Made by a program: the position numbers and the translations under genes. Shown here piece after piece: positions 9,015 to 20,100 of a DNA stretch of 64,000 bases (its first letter is position 1; each line of letters opens with the position of its first letter). The stretch comes from Candidatus Omnitrophota bacterium (lineage in GTDB: Bacteria > Omnitrophota > Gorgyraeia > Zapsychrales > Fredricksoniimonadaceae), in contig JBGAJA010000001.1 in NCBI GenBank assembly GCA_044225175.1, forward strand, positions 678,711 to 742,710. The letters run 5' to 3'. The notes under the pieces were generated by a model, which was not told the origin of the DNA, ran no database searches, and worked only from the letters and a program-made list of their open reading frames with translations.

Positions 9015-9643
9015 TTATTTTTCTTCAGTAAAGATAAATCTTGGAGTTCTGAGGCAGTTAATTCCATGTCTAAAACAAAATTATCAATTCTACGAACAAA
9101 GTAGTTATAGCTAACAACAGCTGGGATTGCAACAATAAGCCCTGCTGCCGTGCAAATAAGTGCTTCAGAAATACCTGCTGTAACTACATCCATTCCCCCG
9201 GAAGCAGTTTTAGATACGTCATGAAAGGCTCTGATAATACCAAGAACGGTTCCAAACAATCCGATATAAACAGCGGTCCCACCAATTGTTCCCACAATAC
9301 TTGTAAATCTTTCTAATTTGAGAGTTTCGATTGTGATCTCACGTTCCATAGAGTTAGAAATCACCTTTTCATCATGACCTAAAACATTTAAGCCTGCTAA
9401 GGCAACGCGGGCAGATGGGGTGTCAGAATTACGGCAAAAATCAATAGCAGTGTTAATTTGGGAACGGGAACTTTCTTTACGGATATTTTCAATTAATTGA
9501 CTACGGGAGATGGAGGATCGGCGTTTGAAATACCAAAGACGTTCAATAATAACGGCAATGGATAAAATGGAACATAAGATCAAAATGTACATGGTGAAAC
9601 CACCAGCATTGATGATTTCAAAAATATTTTTATCTTGAAACAT
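9011..9643 (-). CDS. exbB: ExbB/TolQ/MotA proton channel protein
   Basis: GLFGTVLGII.AF and GISEALICTAAGLIVAIPA. Confidence 0.88.
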   Translation of the reverse strand: MFQDKNIFEIINAGGFTMYILILCSILSIAVIIERLWYFKRRSSISRSQLIENIRKESSRSQINTAIDFCRNSDTPSARVALAGLNVLGHDEKVISNSMEREITIETLKLERFTSIVGTIGGTAVYIGLFGTVLGIIRAFHDVSKTASGGMDVVTAGISEALICTAAGLIVAIPAVVSYNYFVRRIDNFVLDMELTASELQDLSLLKKNK

Positions 9644-9760
9644 TTTGTCCTCCCAAAAAATTCTTTTTGCTGATTAAAATTAAGAACTGATTGTAATGTA
9701 TTTTCATTTGCACGTCAAAATCTTTATGGTATTATATGGCCTTTATTTCACGGAGGATTT

Positions 9761-11500
9761 ATGACGAAAAAAATATCAAAAGCAACACCCCCATCTGCAA
9801 TTAACGGTGCTCAAGCCCTTATCAAATGTCTAGAAAACTTTGGTGTAGAGTATATCTTCGGACTTTCCGGAGGAGCCGCAATCCCTATCTTCGATGCCTT
9901 AGTAGGCTCAAAAATCAAATTAATTTTAGTCCGTCACGAACAAGGTGCCACCCATATGGCTGATGGTTATGCCCGTGCCACCGGAAAACCTGGCGTCGTG
10001 CTTGTAACCTCTGGTCCTGGTGCTACCAATACAGTAACTGGAATCCTAACAGCTTTAATGGATTCTGTGCCCATGCTGGTGCTTTGTGGACAAACCATCT
10101 CTCCAATGCTTGGAAAAGATGCCTTTCAAGAAGCGGATATTTCTGGCATTACCATGCCAATTGTTAAACATAGCTATTTAGTTAAAGAAACAAATACTAT
10201 TCCTCGTGTTGTTAAAGAAGCTTGGCATATTTGTCAAACAGGCCGACCTGGTCCTGTGCTCTTAGATTTGCCTAAAGATATAACATCTGGCCCATTTACT
10301 GGAACAACATTAGATCCAGAAATGGATATTCCTGGGTATAAGATTCCTGGAAAACCAAAGCAAGCTGATATCCTTAAGATGGCAAAGATGTTTAAAGGCG
10401 CCAAAAAACCTTTACTTCTCATCGGTCATGGAGCTGTTATTTCCAGAGCTTCTGATGCTATCAAGAAATTAGCTGAGAAATTGGGCGCTCCTGTAACCAA
10501 TACCCTTTTAGGAAAAGGTGCTTTTCCTGAAACTCATCGCCTATCTCTTGGGATGCTTGGTATGCATGGAACAGCCTATGCCAATAAAGCCCTCATCAAC
10601 TGCGATTTAATCCTCTCCATTGGTTCACGCTGGGATGATCGTATTAATGGAAACAATAACGAGTTCTGTATCGGTGCCAAGAAGCTTCATATTGATATAG
10701 ACTTTGCTGAAATCAATAAGATTGTCAAACCAGACGCATGGGTTGTGGGTAATGCTAAAGAAGTGGTTGAAGAATTAATCAAACATGTCGAACCGCTAGA
10801 TACTAAAGAATGGCTTAAAGAGTTAGATTATTACAAAAGAGAGTTTCCTTTGAAGTATTCCAATGACAAAGGTTTGACTGCTCAATACGTTATTGATAGC
10901 TGCTATAAGGCAACCAAAGGTAACGCAATTGTGACAACTGACGTTGGACAACATCAAATGTGGGCTGCTCAGTTCTATCTTACAAATCATGGCAACGATT
11001 GGCTCTCTTCTGGGGGTGCAGGTACTATGGGCTTCGGCTTCCCTTCTGCGATTGGCGCCCAATTTGGACGTCCTAAAGATTTAGTTATCGCAATCGTAGG
11101 TGACGGCGGTTTCCAAATGACTCTCTGCGAGCTATCAACCGTTTTTGTAAACAAGCTCCCAGTGAAGGTTTTAATTGTAGATAACAAATACTTAGGAATG
11201 GTGCGTCAATGGCAGGAGCTATTCTTTGACAATCGTCTTTCTGGTGTGGACCTAGAAGGTAATCCAGACTTTGTGAAGCTTGCAGAAGCCTATGGAATTA
11301 AAGCTTTCCATATTAATAAAGTTGAACATTGCTTTGATGTGATGAAGCAAGCCATGGAATATAAAGGTCCATGTGTTATTCATGCTGAAGTTATCAAAGA
11401 AGATAATGTGTTCCCCATGGTTCCAGCGGGTAAAAGTGCTATGCACATGATTATTGAAGCTCCAACACACAAATTAGAAAAACCAACGGGATCAACCTAA
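9761..11500 (+). CDS. ilvB: Acetolactate synthase large subunit
   Basis: RHEQGATHMADGYAR, TSGPGATN, DVGQHQMW, GDGGFQM TPP motif. Confidence 0.95.
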   Translation: MTKKISKATPPSAINGAQALIKCLENFGVEYIFGLSGGAAIPIFDALVGSKIKLILVRHEQGATHMADGYARATGKPGVVLVTSGPGATNTVTGILTALMDSVPMLVLCGQTISPMLGKDAFQEADISGITMPIVKHSYLVKETNTIPRVVKEAWHICQTGRPGPVLLDLPKDITSGPFTGTTLDPEMDIPGYKIPGKPKQADILKMAKMFKGAKKPLLLIGHGAVISRASDAIKKLAEKLGAPVTNTLLGKGAFPETHRLSLGMLGMHGTAYANKALINCDLILSIGSRWDDRINGNNNEFCIGAKKLHIDIDFAEINKIVKPDAWVVGNAKEVVEELIKHVEPLDTKEWLKELDYYKREFPLKYSNDKGLTAQYVIDSCYKATKGNAIVTTDVGQHQMWAAQFYLTNHGNDWLSSGGAGTMGFGFPSAIGAQFGRPKDLVIAIVGDGGFQMTLCELSTVFVNKLPVKVLIVDNKYLGMVRQWQELFFDNRLSGVDLEGNPDFVKLAEAYGIKAFHINKVEHCFDVMKQAMEYKGPCVIHAEVIKEDNVFPMVPAGKSAMHMIIEAPTHKLEKPTGST

Positions 11501-11511
11501 AGAGATTAACT

Positions 11512-12009
11512 ATGATAAAGACAAATATACATACAATTAGTGTTTTAGTAGCCAACAAACCAGGCGTTTTAGTTCGTATTGCCCTCGTCTTTGCACGTCG
11601 CGCATACAATATAGATTCTCTAGTTGTCTCCCCTACTGTTAATCCAAAATACTCACGTATGACGATTACAGCTCAAGGTGATCCTGTGACCTTAGAACAA
11701 ATTATCAAGAACGTTGATAAATTGGTCGATGTGATTCATTGCTCTGAACACGATGTTACTCAGTCTATTGAGAAAGAATTAGCTCTCTTTAAGATTAAAA
11801 CATCTCCTGCGGCCAAGACTTTCCTCTCTAAGAACGCCCGTAAATTCCATACAAAAGTGGATGATTCAACCCAAGGCATTTTGGTGATTGAACAAACAGG
11901 AACAACAGCTGAATTAGATGAATTCGAAGCTTTGCTTAAGAAATTTCATTTAATTGAAATGGTTCGTACTGGTAAGGTTTTGATGGCTAAGGGGAAGGAA
12001 TCGACTTAG
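11512..12009 (+). CDS. ilvN: Acetolactate synthase small (regulatory) subunit
   Basis: ACT domain NKPGVLVRI..VFARRAYNIDSL; EMVRTG. Confidence 0.93.
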   Translation: MIKTNIHTISVLVANKPGVLVRIALVFARRAYNIDSLVVSPTVNPKYSRMTITAQGDPVTLEQIIKNVDKLVDVIHCSEHDVTQSIEKELALFKIKTSPAAKTFLSKNARKFHTKVDDSTQGILVIEQTGTTAELDEFEALLKKFHLIEMVRTGKVLMAKGKEST

Positions 12010-12409
12010 AGCAAGAAATAATTTTCGGTAATTCTTGAGGTGGTAATATCACAAGTGCCACCTCAATATATTCTTCAGTATGTTCAATAGAAGTAATCTT
12101 ACATCTGTCTAAATCATATTTCGTATCTGTAATCCCTAAATACTGAACAATCCCTGCTTTTAATGCATCTAATTCGAGATATAAGATGAATTGACGTTCC
12201 TGGTCCTCATTTAATCCTAACGCAGAAACAAGCATTTGAAACTCCAAGTCCAAAATTTCTGTCAATGACTTACCTTTACAAAAGTCAGATAAACCTGTTT
12301 GAGCGCTAATTTCACTAGAACAAGTAATTTTAGCAAACTGAAAACTTAAGAAATTTTCGTTCGCATCTAATCGAAGGTTAAGTCCTGAAGAACTATCCGA
12401 ACAAGGCAT
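11987..12409 (-). CDS. Hypothetical protein (several Cys; weak NifU-N-like character)
   Basis: ORF directly follows the asmA-like gene; no clear motif. Confidence 0.5.
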   Translation of the reverse strand: MPCSDSSSGLNLRLDANENFLSFQFAKITCSSEISAQTGLSDFCKGKSLTEILDLEFQMLVSALGLNEDQERQFILYLELDALKAGIVQYLGITDTKYDLDRCKITSIEHTEEYIEVALVILPPQELPKIISCSKSIPSP

Positions 12410-12412
12410 TAG

Positions 12413-14134
12413 CTATTGGTCCTTTGTCTTTAGAATTTTGTTTAAAAATCCATTAATCATCTTCTTTGAGGAATCTTCCTGAGACTCCCCTGAAGTTTCA
12501 GCATTACCAGATTGAGGTTCAGAGGTACTTGAAGCTTCTTCTTTTGAGTCTCCACCTAAAACAGCATTAAGAATACTTTTTACCTCAGGGTTCTTATCAA
12601 GAACCTTTTCCAACTGATTAACACCCTCAGAAATAGCTACCTTCTTGGCCATATCATCAATTTGAGGTTTATAGGCAACTGAAGGAATTTTTCCAGAAAC
12701 TTGGCCTGGGATATAGATACGACCTTGTTCATCTTTTAAACCTGATAATGGCTTAACAGATTTGATCAAAGCTTGTGAAAATTCGCGACTTAAATATGTT
12801 GTAACATCCATATTGACCAAAAAATCAAAGTTAACATTACCTTGTAACAAAATTAAGAAGATCTGAGATTCGACTCGTCCATTACTAATAGAAACCACCT
12901 TGTCTTGGATAGCAAATTTAGCTTGAACTTTATCTAAGAGAGTCGTGTCACTTCCAATTTGATTCTTTAAATCTGTTGATAAAACTGCTTCAATTTGGCC
13001 TGAAAGCCCAGGAATAAAGTTCAATTTTTCTAGGATTACTTTAAGTAGATTTAATTTCTCAATCTTTCCATCGATTAAATTGAAATCTCCCTGCCCTTTA
13101 AGATTTGTAAGCATAGCTTGCGGATCAAAGCTCTCGCCGGAACCAGCAAATGTGGCATTAATCGCCCCTTTAAGTTCCACAGGCAATGTTTTCTGATCAA
13201 TTAAATCTTGAATGAGGATCGTTTTACCTTCAATTTTAAAAGTATATTTAGGCAAGGCTGTCAGACCTTGAATATCTCCTGTTGCTTCTATCTGGCCATT
13301 GGAACCAATATGTCCATCCAATTGCTTTACAGATAGGTTCTTTAAATTAGTCTCTGCGAGCAAAGTAATTCGATCAATAGGATTTAAAAGCTCTCTAAAT
13401 CCAACATATCCATCATTTAATTTAATCGTTATTAAAATATTCTCATTTAAGCCTTTCTCTGAGGCTTGAAGTTGTGGTATTTGAACCAATAGCTTACCTT
13501 TAATTTGGGAAGGCCAAACAGGGACATCCTTTAAAAGAGGAGTAATTGTTTTTACACGAGCCATATCTAACTGGCTCAAATCACTTGAAACATTGATGTC
13601 TGTCATATGAAAAGTGGATTGACCCATATCCAGGGCACAATGACTTTGGAGTTCAATATTAAATTGGCTAGTGCTTAGAACTTTAACCTTCAAATTAAAA
13701 TCAAAAGGATTTTTTAAAGAAAAATTATTAACTATAGCTTTCATATGATCAATTGGAACTTGAATCTTGATAGGACTATCTAAAGAAATGATACTGCTTT
13801 TCAGGGAGATCTCTGAGGTTTGTATTTGATTTGTCATGATTGCAATAGGGTTAAGCTTTGCACTAGCTTGCTGGATTGTCAAAATTGGATTTGATGTCGG
13901 TGGATCATTGCTGATTGAGACGTTGTCAAGAACCAAAGTCAAACCTTTAAATAAACTAAAATCCAAATTGCCATGTCCCACTTTAACTTCTCTGTGCAGT
14001 GATTGGCTTAAAGTTTGAGTGATTTGATTAAGATATTTATTAATATCAAAAGTTTTGATAAAAACAATAAATCCAATAAAAAGAATTAGAATCAAGGTTA
14101 AAAAGATTACAAAAATTGTTTTTAATATTCTCAT
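12413..14134 (-). CDS. AsmA-family envelope protein
   Basis: N-terminal TM anchor then FDINKY, beta-rich body, AsmA-like C-terminus (NLKGQGDF, RIYIPGQVSG). Confidence 0.75.
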   Translation of the reverse strand: MRILKTIFVIFLTLILILFIGFIVFIKTFDINKYLNQITQTLSQSLHREVKVGHGNLDFSLFKGLTLVLDNVSISNDPPTSNPILTIQQASAKLNPIAIMTNQIQTSEISLKSSIISLDSPIKIQVPIDHMKAIVNNFSLKNPFDFNLKVKVLSTSQFNIELQSHCALDMGQSTFHMTDINVSSDLSQLDMARVKTITPLLKDVPVWPSQIKGKLLVQIPQLQASEKGLNENILITIKLNDGYVGFRELLNPIDRITLLAETNLKNLSVKQLDGHIGSNGQIEATGDIQGLTALPKYTFKIEGKTILIQDLIDQKTLPVELKGAINATFAGSGESFDPQAMLTNLKGQGDFNLIDGKIEKLNLLKVILEKLNFIPGLSGQIEAVLSTDLKNQIGSDTTLLDKVQAKFAIQDKVVSISNGRVESQIFLILLQGNVNFDFLVNMDVTTYLSREFSQALIKSVKPLSGLKDEQGRIYIPGQVSGKIPSVAYKPQIDDMAKKVAISEGVNQLEKVLDKNPEVKSILNAVLGGDSKEEASSTSEPQSGNAETSGESQEDSSKKMINGFLNKILKTKDQ

Positions 14135-14159
14135 AGGATTACTCTTTATATAAATGGGT

Positions 14160-15038
14160 TTATCTGTTGCGAAGTTCTTTTAATCTTTGGATTTGATCCT
14201 GGACACGCTGATTCATTTCTTGGGTTTGGACAAGAGAGCGGTTTTGATTTGTATTATTAACAGTTCTTTCTTTTAAATCTCTCATTTTTTCTTTCATTGA
14301 TTCCAAGTCGGAAATATTCTTTTCATGCATATTATTAATTTGGCGCTGTTTTTGTTTAACATTATCTACAAAATCTTGCGTACGCGTAGATAACGCTTCT
14401 ACTTTTTCAAGAAATTCAGGCTTTTCTTTGAAGGCAACATCATCATGTCTTTGTCGAGCCTTCTCCTTAATTTCCTGGATTTTTGAATTCAATTCTTGGC
14501 TATCTAAAACCTGTTGTTTCATGAGATCTTCCTGAGCTCTTATTTTATCTTTAATATCCTGTAATAATCTTTGACGATTCCCGCTTTCTTCAATGGAATC
14601 AAATTCCGACTTATCCAGCATAGTTTGATTCATTTTTAAACGTTGTTCATTGTATTGCATCAATTGCTTGCTATTTTCAATAAGCAATACATTTTTATTT
14701 TGAAACTGTTCCATTAGATCTTTGATTCTTAAAATATCGGCTCTTCCTTTATCAGATAAATTTTGATTCATTTGCATGAGTGAACTTACTTGTTGTTGAG
14801 ATTCTTGATAGTACTTTTGTTGATCATGCAAGTAATCATTCAAAGAAGCTTTATCTTTTGCAGTCCGTTTAATATATTGATCAATCGTCTTTCTTTGAAT
14901 TTCTATTTCAGATTGATAACCAGATGATTTAAGAAATTCTCCAAAAACTGGCTTATCTGAAGGTGAATGTAACAAGATTTTTGCAGTAATACCGGCTAAT
15001 AAAGCTATAACAAATATTCCTATGAATATTGCGCGCAC
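14160..15038 (-). CDS. Membrane-anchored coiled-coil protein
   Basis: N-terminal hydrophobic helix, Q/K/E-rich helical body. Confidence 0.65.
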   Translation of the reverse strand: MRAIFIGIFVIALLAGITAKILLHSPSDKPVFGEFLKSSGYQSEIEIQRKTIDQYIKRTAKDKASLNDYLHDQQKYYQESQQQVSSLMQMNQNLSDKGRADILRIKDLMEQFQNKNVLLIENSKQLMQYNEQRLKMNQTMLDKSEFDSIEESGNRQRLLQDIKDKIRAQEDLMKQQVLDSQELNSKIQEIKEKARQRHDDVAFKEKPEFLEKVEALSTRTQDFVDNVKQKQRQINNMHEKNISDLESMKEKMRDLKERTVNNTNQNRSLVQTQEMNQRVQDQIQRLKELRNR

Positions 15039-15047
15039 AAGAACTCC

Positions 15048-17114
15048 TTATTTATTAAGCAATTGTTCTTCAATCAAAGCCAAATCTGTTGTCGCTTGAT
15101 GACAAACATTTCCATAACATACCGACACTTGCAGTTCCGAGTCTTTTTGAGTAAATTTCATAATTTTACTCGGTATATAATGTTTATACACGACTCTTTG
15201 CAAATGTGCAAGTTTCGAATCTGTGAGCCTTCCTTCTATAGAAATACTTCTTGAATCGTTAAAATAGAAATCTAGGGCACAAAGTGCAAATGTATAGGCA
15301 GATGGTGATTTATTGATTAAAGGAGCAAAATTATGGAATGTATTCTTTAATGAGTTAGACCATTTAGCCTCAGAAGTCATATGATAGAGTCTTATTAAAC
15401 CATAAACAGCACCTGAGTTTCCTGAAGGGATCGCCCCATCATAATGATCTTTGGGCCTCACTATAAGATCCGTAGCCTTATTGGAAGTTAGATAAAAGCC
15501 TCCGTTTAGATCATCACTAAATAAAATAATCATTTGTTCACCGAGATCTTTAGCTTTATTGAAATATTTCTCATCAAAATTTGCTTCATATAAATCTAAT
15601 AAACCATTAATCAAGAAAGCATAATCATTAAGCATGCCTTCAACGGAAGATTCATTCTTACACCAGGAATGCAAAAGTCTTGTATTGGAATAATGTTTAT
15701 TTATGACAAATTCTGCTGCCCTTTTAGCTGAATTAATATAAGAAGGTTCGTTAAGAATACAACCAGCTTGGGCAAAAACCCCTATCATCAAACCATTCCA
15801 ATCAGCTAAAACTTTGTCATCTAAATACGGCCTTGCTCGTTGAGTTCTATGTTGAAATAATTCATTTTTAGCTTGTTTAACAATTTCAACAACTTCTAAA
15901 AGGGGGAGTTTGAAATGATCTGCAGCTTGTTCCAAAGAATGTTCAATATAAAGAATATTTAGAGCAATAAATTCTCCATGGGGATCGACCCGGGCATTTC
16001 CGCCAGGTCTTACGCCATAAATGTAATTAAATATATCTGCCTGTTTCTGGTTCAATAATTTACTTATTTCTTCTTGAGACCACACATAAAAAGCTCCTTC
16101 TGCCTTATCGTCAGATCCAGAAATTATACTATCGGCATCTTCAGCTGTATAAAAGCCCCCTTCAGGATGAGTCAAATCTCTTAAAACATAATTTAACGTT
16201 TCTTTAATAATCAAAGCATATTCTGATTTACCAGTGATTTGATAGCATTCTAAATAAACTTTGATCAAAAGAGCTTGATCATATAACATTTTTTCAAAAT
16301 GAGGAATATGCCAGTATGCATCCGTTGAATAGCGATGAAAACCTCCGCCTAAGTGGTCATAAATCCCCCCCTTAGAAATGGCATTTAAAGTTTGTTCCAC
16401 CATAAATAGGGCATTTTCATTTTTTTTACTAAGGTAATAACGTAATAAGAATGAAAGTTGGTGGCCCATTGGAAACTTTGGGGAACCTCCGAAACCTCCA
16501 TTATCACGATCAAAATGATTTGATATCTGTTCAAATGCTTTATCTAGAATTTCTATTTCAAGCTCACTGTCAGAATTTAGAACATTTTGGTTCTGACCAG
16601 ATAAGACGCGTGTAATTTCTTCACTTGAGGCTAAGAGCTGTTCACGTTGATTTTGCCAAGCTTGTGTAACAGAATTAAGAACATCTATAAAACCAGGAGC
16701 ACCCCATTTGGGATATGGTGGAAAGTAAGTACCTGCATAAAAAGGTTTGCCCTCTGAAGTCATAAATACTGTTAAAGGCCAACCACCCTGCCCTGTCATC
16801 ATAGAGGCCGCAGTCATATAGATCTGATCAATATCAGGACGTTCCTCTCGATCAACTTTGATAGAAATAAAGTGTTCATTAAGAATTTTAGCTATTTCTT
16901 GATTCTCAAAGCTTTCATGAGCCATAACATGGCACCAGTGGCATGTGGAATACCCAATTGACAATAATATAGGCTTCTGTTGGGTTGCCGAGAGCTTAAA
17001 AGCTTCCTCACCCCAGGGATACCAATCTACAGGATTATCAATGTGCTGGATTAAGTAGGGACTCTTTTGACCTAATAGATGGTTGGAAGGCATCCTATTT
17101 AGCAGTGGGCTCAA
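15048..17114 (-). CDS. YyaL/DUF255 thioredoxin-domain + six-hairpin glycosidase-like protein
   Basis: [48 protein letters not shown]. Confidence 0.93.
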   Translation of the reverse strand: MSPLLNRMPSNHLLGQKSPYLIQHIDNPVDWYPWGEEAFKLSATQQKPILLSIGYSTCHWCHVMAHESFENQEIAKILNEHFISIKVDREERPDIDQIYMTAASMMTGQGGWPLTVFMTSEGKPFYAGTYFPPYPKWGAPGFIDVLNSVTQAWQNQREQLLASSEEITRVLSGQNQNVLNSDSELEIEILDKAFEQISNHFDRDNGGFGGSPKFPMGHQLSFLLRYYLSKKNENALFMVEQTLNAISKGGIYDHLGGGFHRYSTDAYWHIPHFEKMLYDQALLIKVYLECYQITGKSEYALIIKETLNYVLRDLTHPEGGFYTAEDADSIISGSDDKAEGAFYVWSQEEISKLLNQKQADIFNYIYGVRPGGNARVDPHGEFIALNILYIEHSLEQAADHFKLPLLEVVEIVKQAKNELFQHRTQRARPYLDDKVLADWNGLMIGVFAQAGCILNEPSYINSAKRAAEFVINKHYSNTRLLHSWCKNESSVEGMLNDYAFLINGLLDLYEANFDEKYFNKAKDLGEQMIILFSDDLNGGFYLTSNKATDLIVRPKDHYDGAIPSGNSGAVYGLIRLYHMTSEAKWSNSLKNTFHNFAPLINKSPSAYTFALCALDFYFNDSRSISIEGRLTDSKLAHLQRVVYKHYIPSKIMKFTQKDSELQVSVCYGNVCHQATTDLALIEEQLLNK

Positions 17115-20100
17115 AAAGATCTAAAGTTTTAGCTATCTCATCTTTACGAGAAGATTTAGGAATCTTTTGAGAAATCACAGGATTTGATTGTTTTGGCACA
17201 ATAATTGAAGAAGAAGGTACTTTATTCATTAAAACTCTAGATTTATTTAAAAGTTCTTCAGTTTTCTTATATTTAGGTATTAAATCCTGAATATCTGAGA
17301 ATCTTTGTGCGGCTTCTCTATAATTTCCAGATTTATATAGTTTTAATGCTTCAGAATACATTGACTCAACACCACTATTAAATTGCTGGCGAATTACCGA
17401 TCTTTGAGATTCTAAAGCATCTTGACGTTCTTTAACTGCTTTCTCGATAGCAAGTCGTTCCTTATCTTTAGCACGAGCTAATTCCTCTTCTTTTATTTGT
17501 GCTAAGCGTTTTCTTTCTTTTTCTTCAGCTGCTTGTCTTCTTCGCTCAGTCTCTTTTTGACGCTCTAATTCTTTTTCTTTACGTGTAGCTTCAATTTTCT
17601 TTTGATCTTCTTCTTTTTGCTTACGAATTTCTTCTAATTTCTTTTGTTCTTCTTCTTTTTGCTTACGAATTTCTTCTAATTTCTTTTGTTCTTCCTCTTT
17701 TTGTTTACGAATTCTTTCTAATTTTTTTTGTTCTTCTTCTTTTTTATCTTTGATCTCTTGTTCTTTTCTCAATCGATCTTCTTCTTTTTGTTTTCTTTCT
17801 TCTTCAATTTTCTTTCTTTCATTCTCTTGTTTTTGCTTCAATTCTTCCTTTTTTCGATTCAATTCTTCTTCTTTCGCTTTTTTTAGATCTTCAATCCGCT
17901 TTTGTTCAATTTCTTGTTTATGCCTTAACTCTTCTTCTTTTTTGCGATTTTGTTCCTTCTTTTCCTCTAAGGGAGCATCATTCTTTTTAACTTCTATCTT
18001 AGGTTGTTCAACAACTTTAACTGGATCCGCAATTATCTTAGGAACATCGGGAATATGTTTAATTTCTGCCGGATTTCGTTGTAATGAAATTTCTTTTTGC
18101 GACTCTTTTTTTGCTGGTTTCAATTTCCTAAAATGATAAACCTGCTCTTTTTGACGAAGTTGTTGATCAGAATTTCTACGTTGAGTCTCTAAACGTTGCT
18201 GCTGTCTTTCTTCTATTTTTAATGATTCAAAACGTCGACGCTCTTCTTGCTGCTGAGCTTCCATAAGATTTTTTTGTCTTTCTAGCTCATAAGTTAAACG
18301 TCTCTGGCGTTGCTGCTCCTTAACATCCATTAAATCAGCAACTCTCTGTTGACGAAGTCTTTCAGCTAAATAATCAGATCTTTCTTTCTCAACTTTGTTC
18401 TTGGTCTTATAAACATCGTTTTTCATGATGTGGTCAATTTTATTTAAATATGAAGTTGCCCGATCATCACCTTGAGAAGCTAATTCTCCGAAAATGATTC
18501 TGGCTTGAGCGTATTTCTTTACACCATACAACTCAACTCCTTGACGATAAATCACCTCACGTTGACGCCTAAGATCCCTGTTTTTATATGATTCAGCCTC
18601 TTTTGCTTCAGCAATGTGTTCTTGTTTTCTTTCTTTTTCCAGGGAAGCGATATTAGTAAATTTATGACTACGAAGACGTTTTTGTATAGAAACTTTTTTA
18701 GCTTCTTCTTTAATGATAAGTTCTACTTTTGATTGAGATTTCTCCAACATTTCTTGCTCTGTCTCATGAGCTAAAGTTTGTTTAATTGTTTTTAATTCAA
18801 TCATTGTATGTTCAAGATCTTCAAACCTAGTTTTTGCAGCAGCGTAATCCTTATTCTTCGCAAATTTTAGAATTTCATCATTAATTTTTGATGCTCTAAT
18901 GGCAACTTCAGATAATCTTTCTTTTAATTCTTCAATTTTTTCTTTTCTATGTTGAGATTCTTCTATTCTTCTTTTAATTCTTTCCTCTTTAAGTCTCTTT
19001 TCCTCTTCTATAGCACGCTCAGCAGCCGCCTGCTCTTCAACACGTTTTCGATCTTCATCGATATGCATTAAATAATCATGCGTCGCTTTATACCCCGGTT
19101 GAATATTTTCTACCTCTAAAAATCTTATTTTTGCCCCTTGAAAATCTTTTTCTTTGAGTAAATTTAAGGCTTCACTATAATTTTCCTGTGCTTTCTGTAA
19201 TCTAATCTGTGCTTTTTCTTTATATTCCTGTTGAAGTCTTCGTTGTTCTTCTTCTCTAGCTTCTCTGAGCGTTCTGTCTTTTTCTTCACGTAAATTTTGT
19301 AAAACTTGATCAACTTTTGCTAATTTTGATTTTGCAATATTTGTTTGCTTATCATCTGATAAATTAACTATTTGCCCATATAGCCTTGAAGCTCTCTGAG
19401 AAAGTTCGTCTAAAAGCTTGGCTTCATCTACTTGTGTATTATTATTAGTAGTAGAAGAAACAGGATGATTTATCTTTGTTGTTTCATCTATTTGTTGAGA
19501 TTCTAGACCACTAGGTTGGGACTTTTGAAGCTCTTTGGCATGTTTATCAAGGAATGCTTTTTGATTTTTTGCAACACGATTCTTTTCTTCCTGCTCAAGC
19601 TTATTAAATTCAACCCTATCAACTACAGATAAAGATTTCTTTTGTTTTTCTTGCTCTAAGAACTTCTTTCTTTTTTCTTCTAGACGTTGAGCTGCTTCTT
19701 GTTCTAAATTTTTTTCTCTTTCTTGTCTTCTGTTGGCTTCAGCAAGCGCTTTGTCAGTTTTTCTTAAATAAGAATCTACAGACTTATACTCTTTGTCTAC
19801 TTTTACAATTTCCTCAAATTTTGATTTTGCTTCAATGTAATTATGAGCTTTATAAAGACTAATCCCTTCAGTATACATCGCTTCAACATTTTTCATTAGT
19901 TCTTTGCTGTTTTCATTTTGCTGTTGGAGCGGGGGAATAGCTTGTTTCTTAGCTTGTTTTGAAAGGTCTTCGATTTGTTTCTTGGCAATTTCTTGATCTA
20001 TAGAAACCAAATACTTTTGAGTTGCTTTATAATTACCTATTAATTGTTCAACATTCTTAAAACCTTCTTTTGCTTCTTGATATTTTTTCTGTCGATATAA

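Noticed and set aside
9661-9760. Branched-chain amino acid attenuator before ilvB
   Set aside because: Short divergent intergenic region with promoter and SD only; no Leu/Ile/Val-rich leader or terminator.
17590-17740. Tandem repeats as a possible CRISPR array
   Set aside because: Contiguous 42-bp in-frame coding repeats with no unique spacers, and no cas genes in the window.
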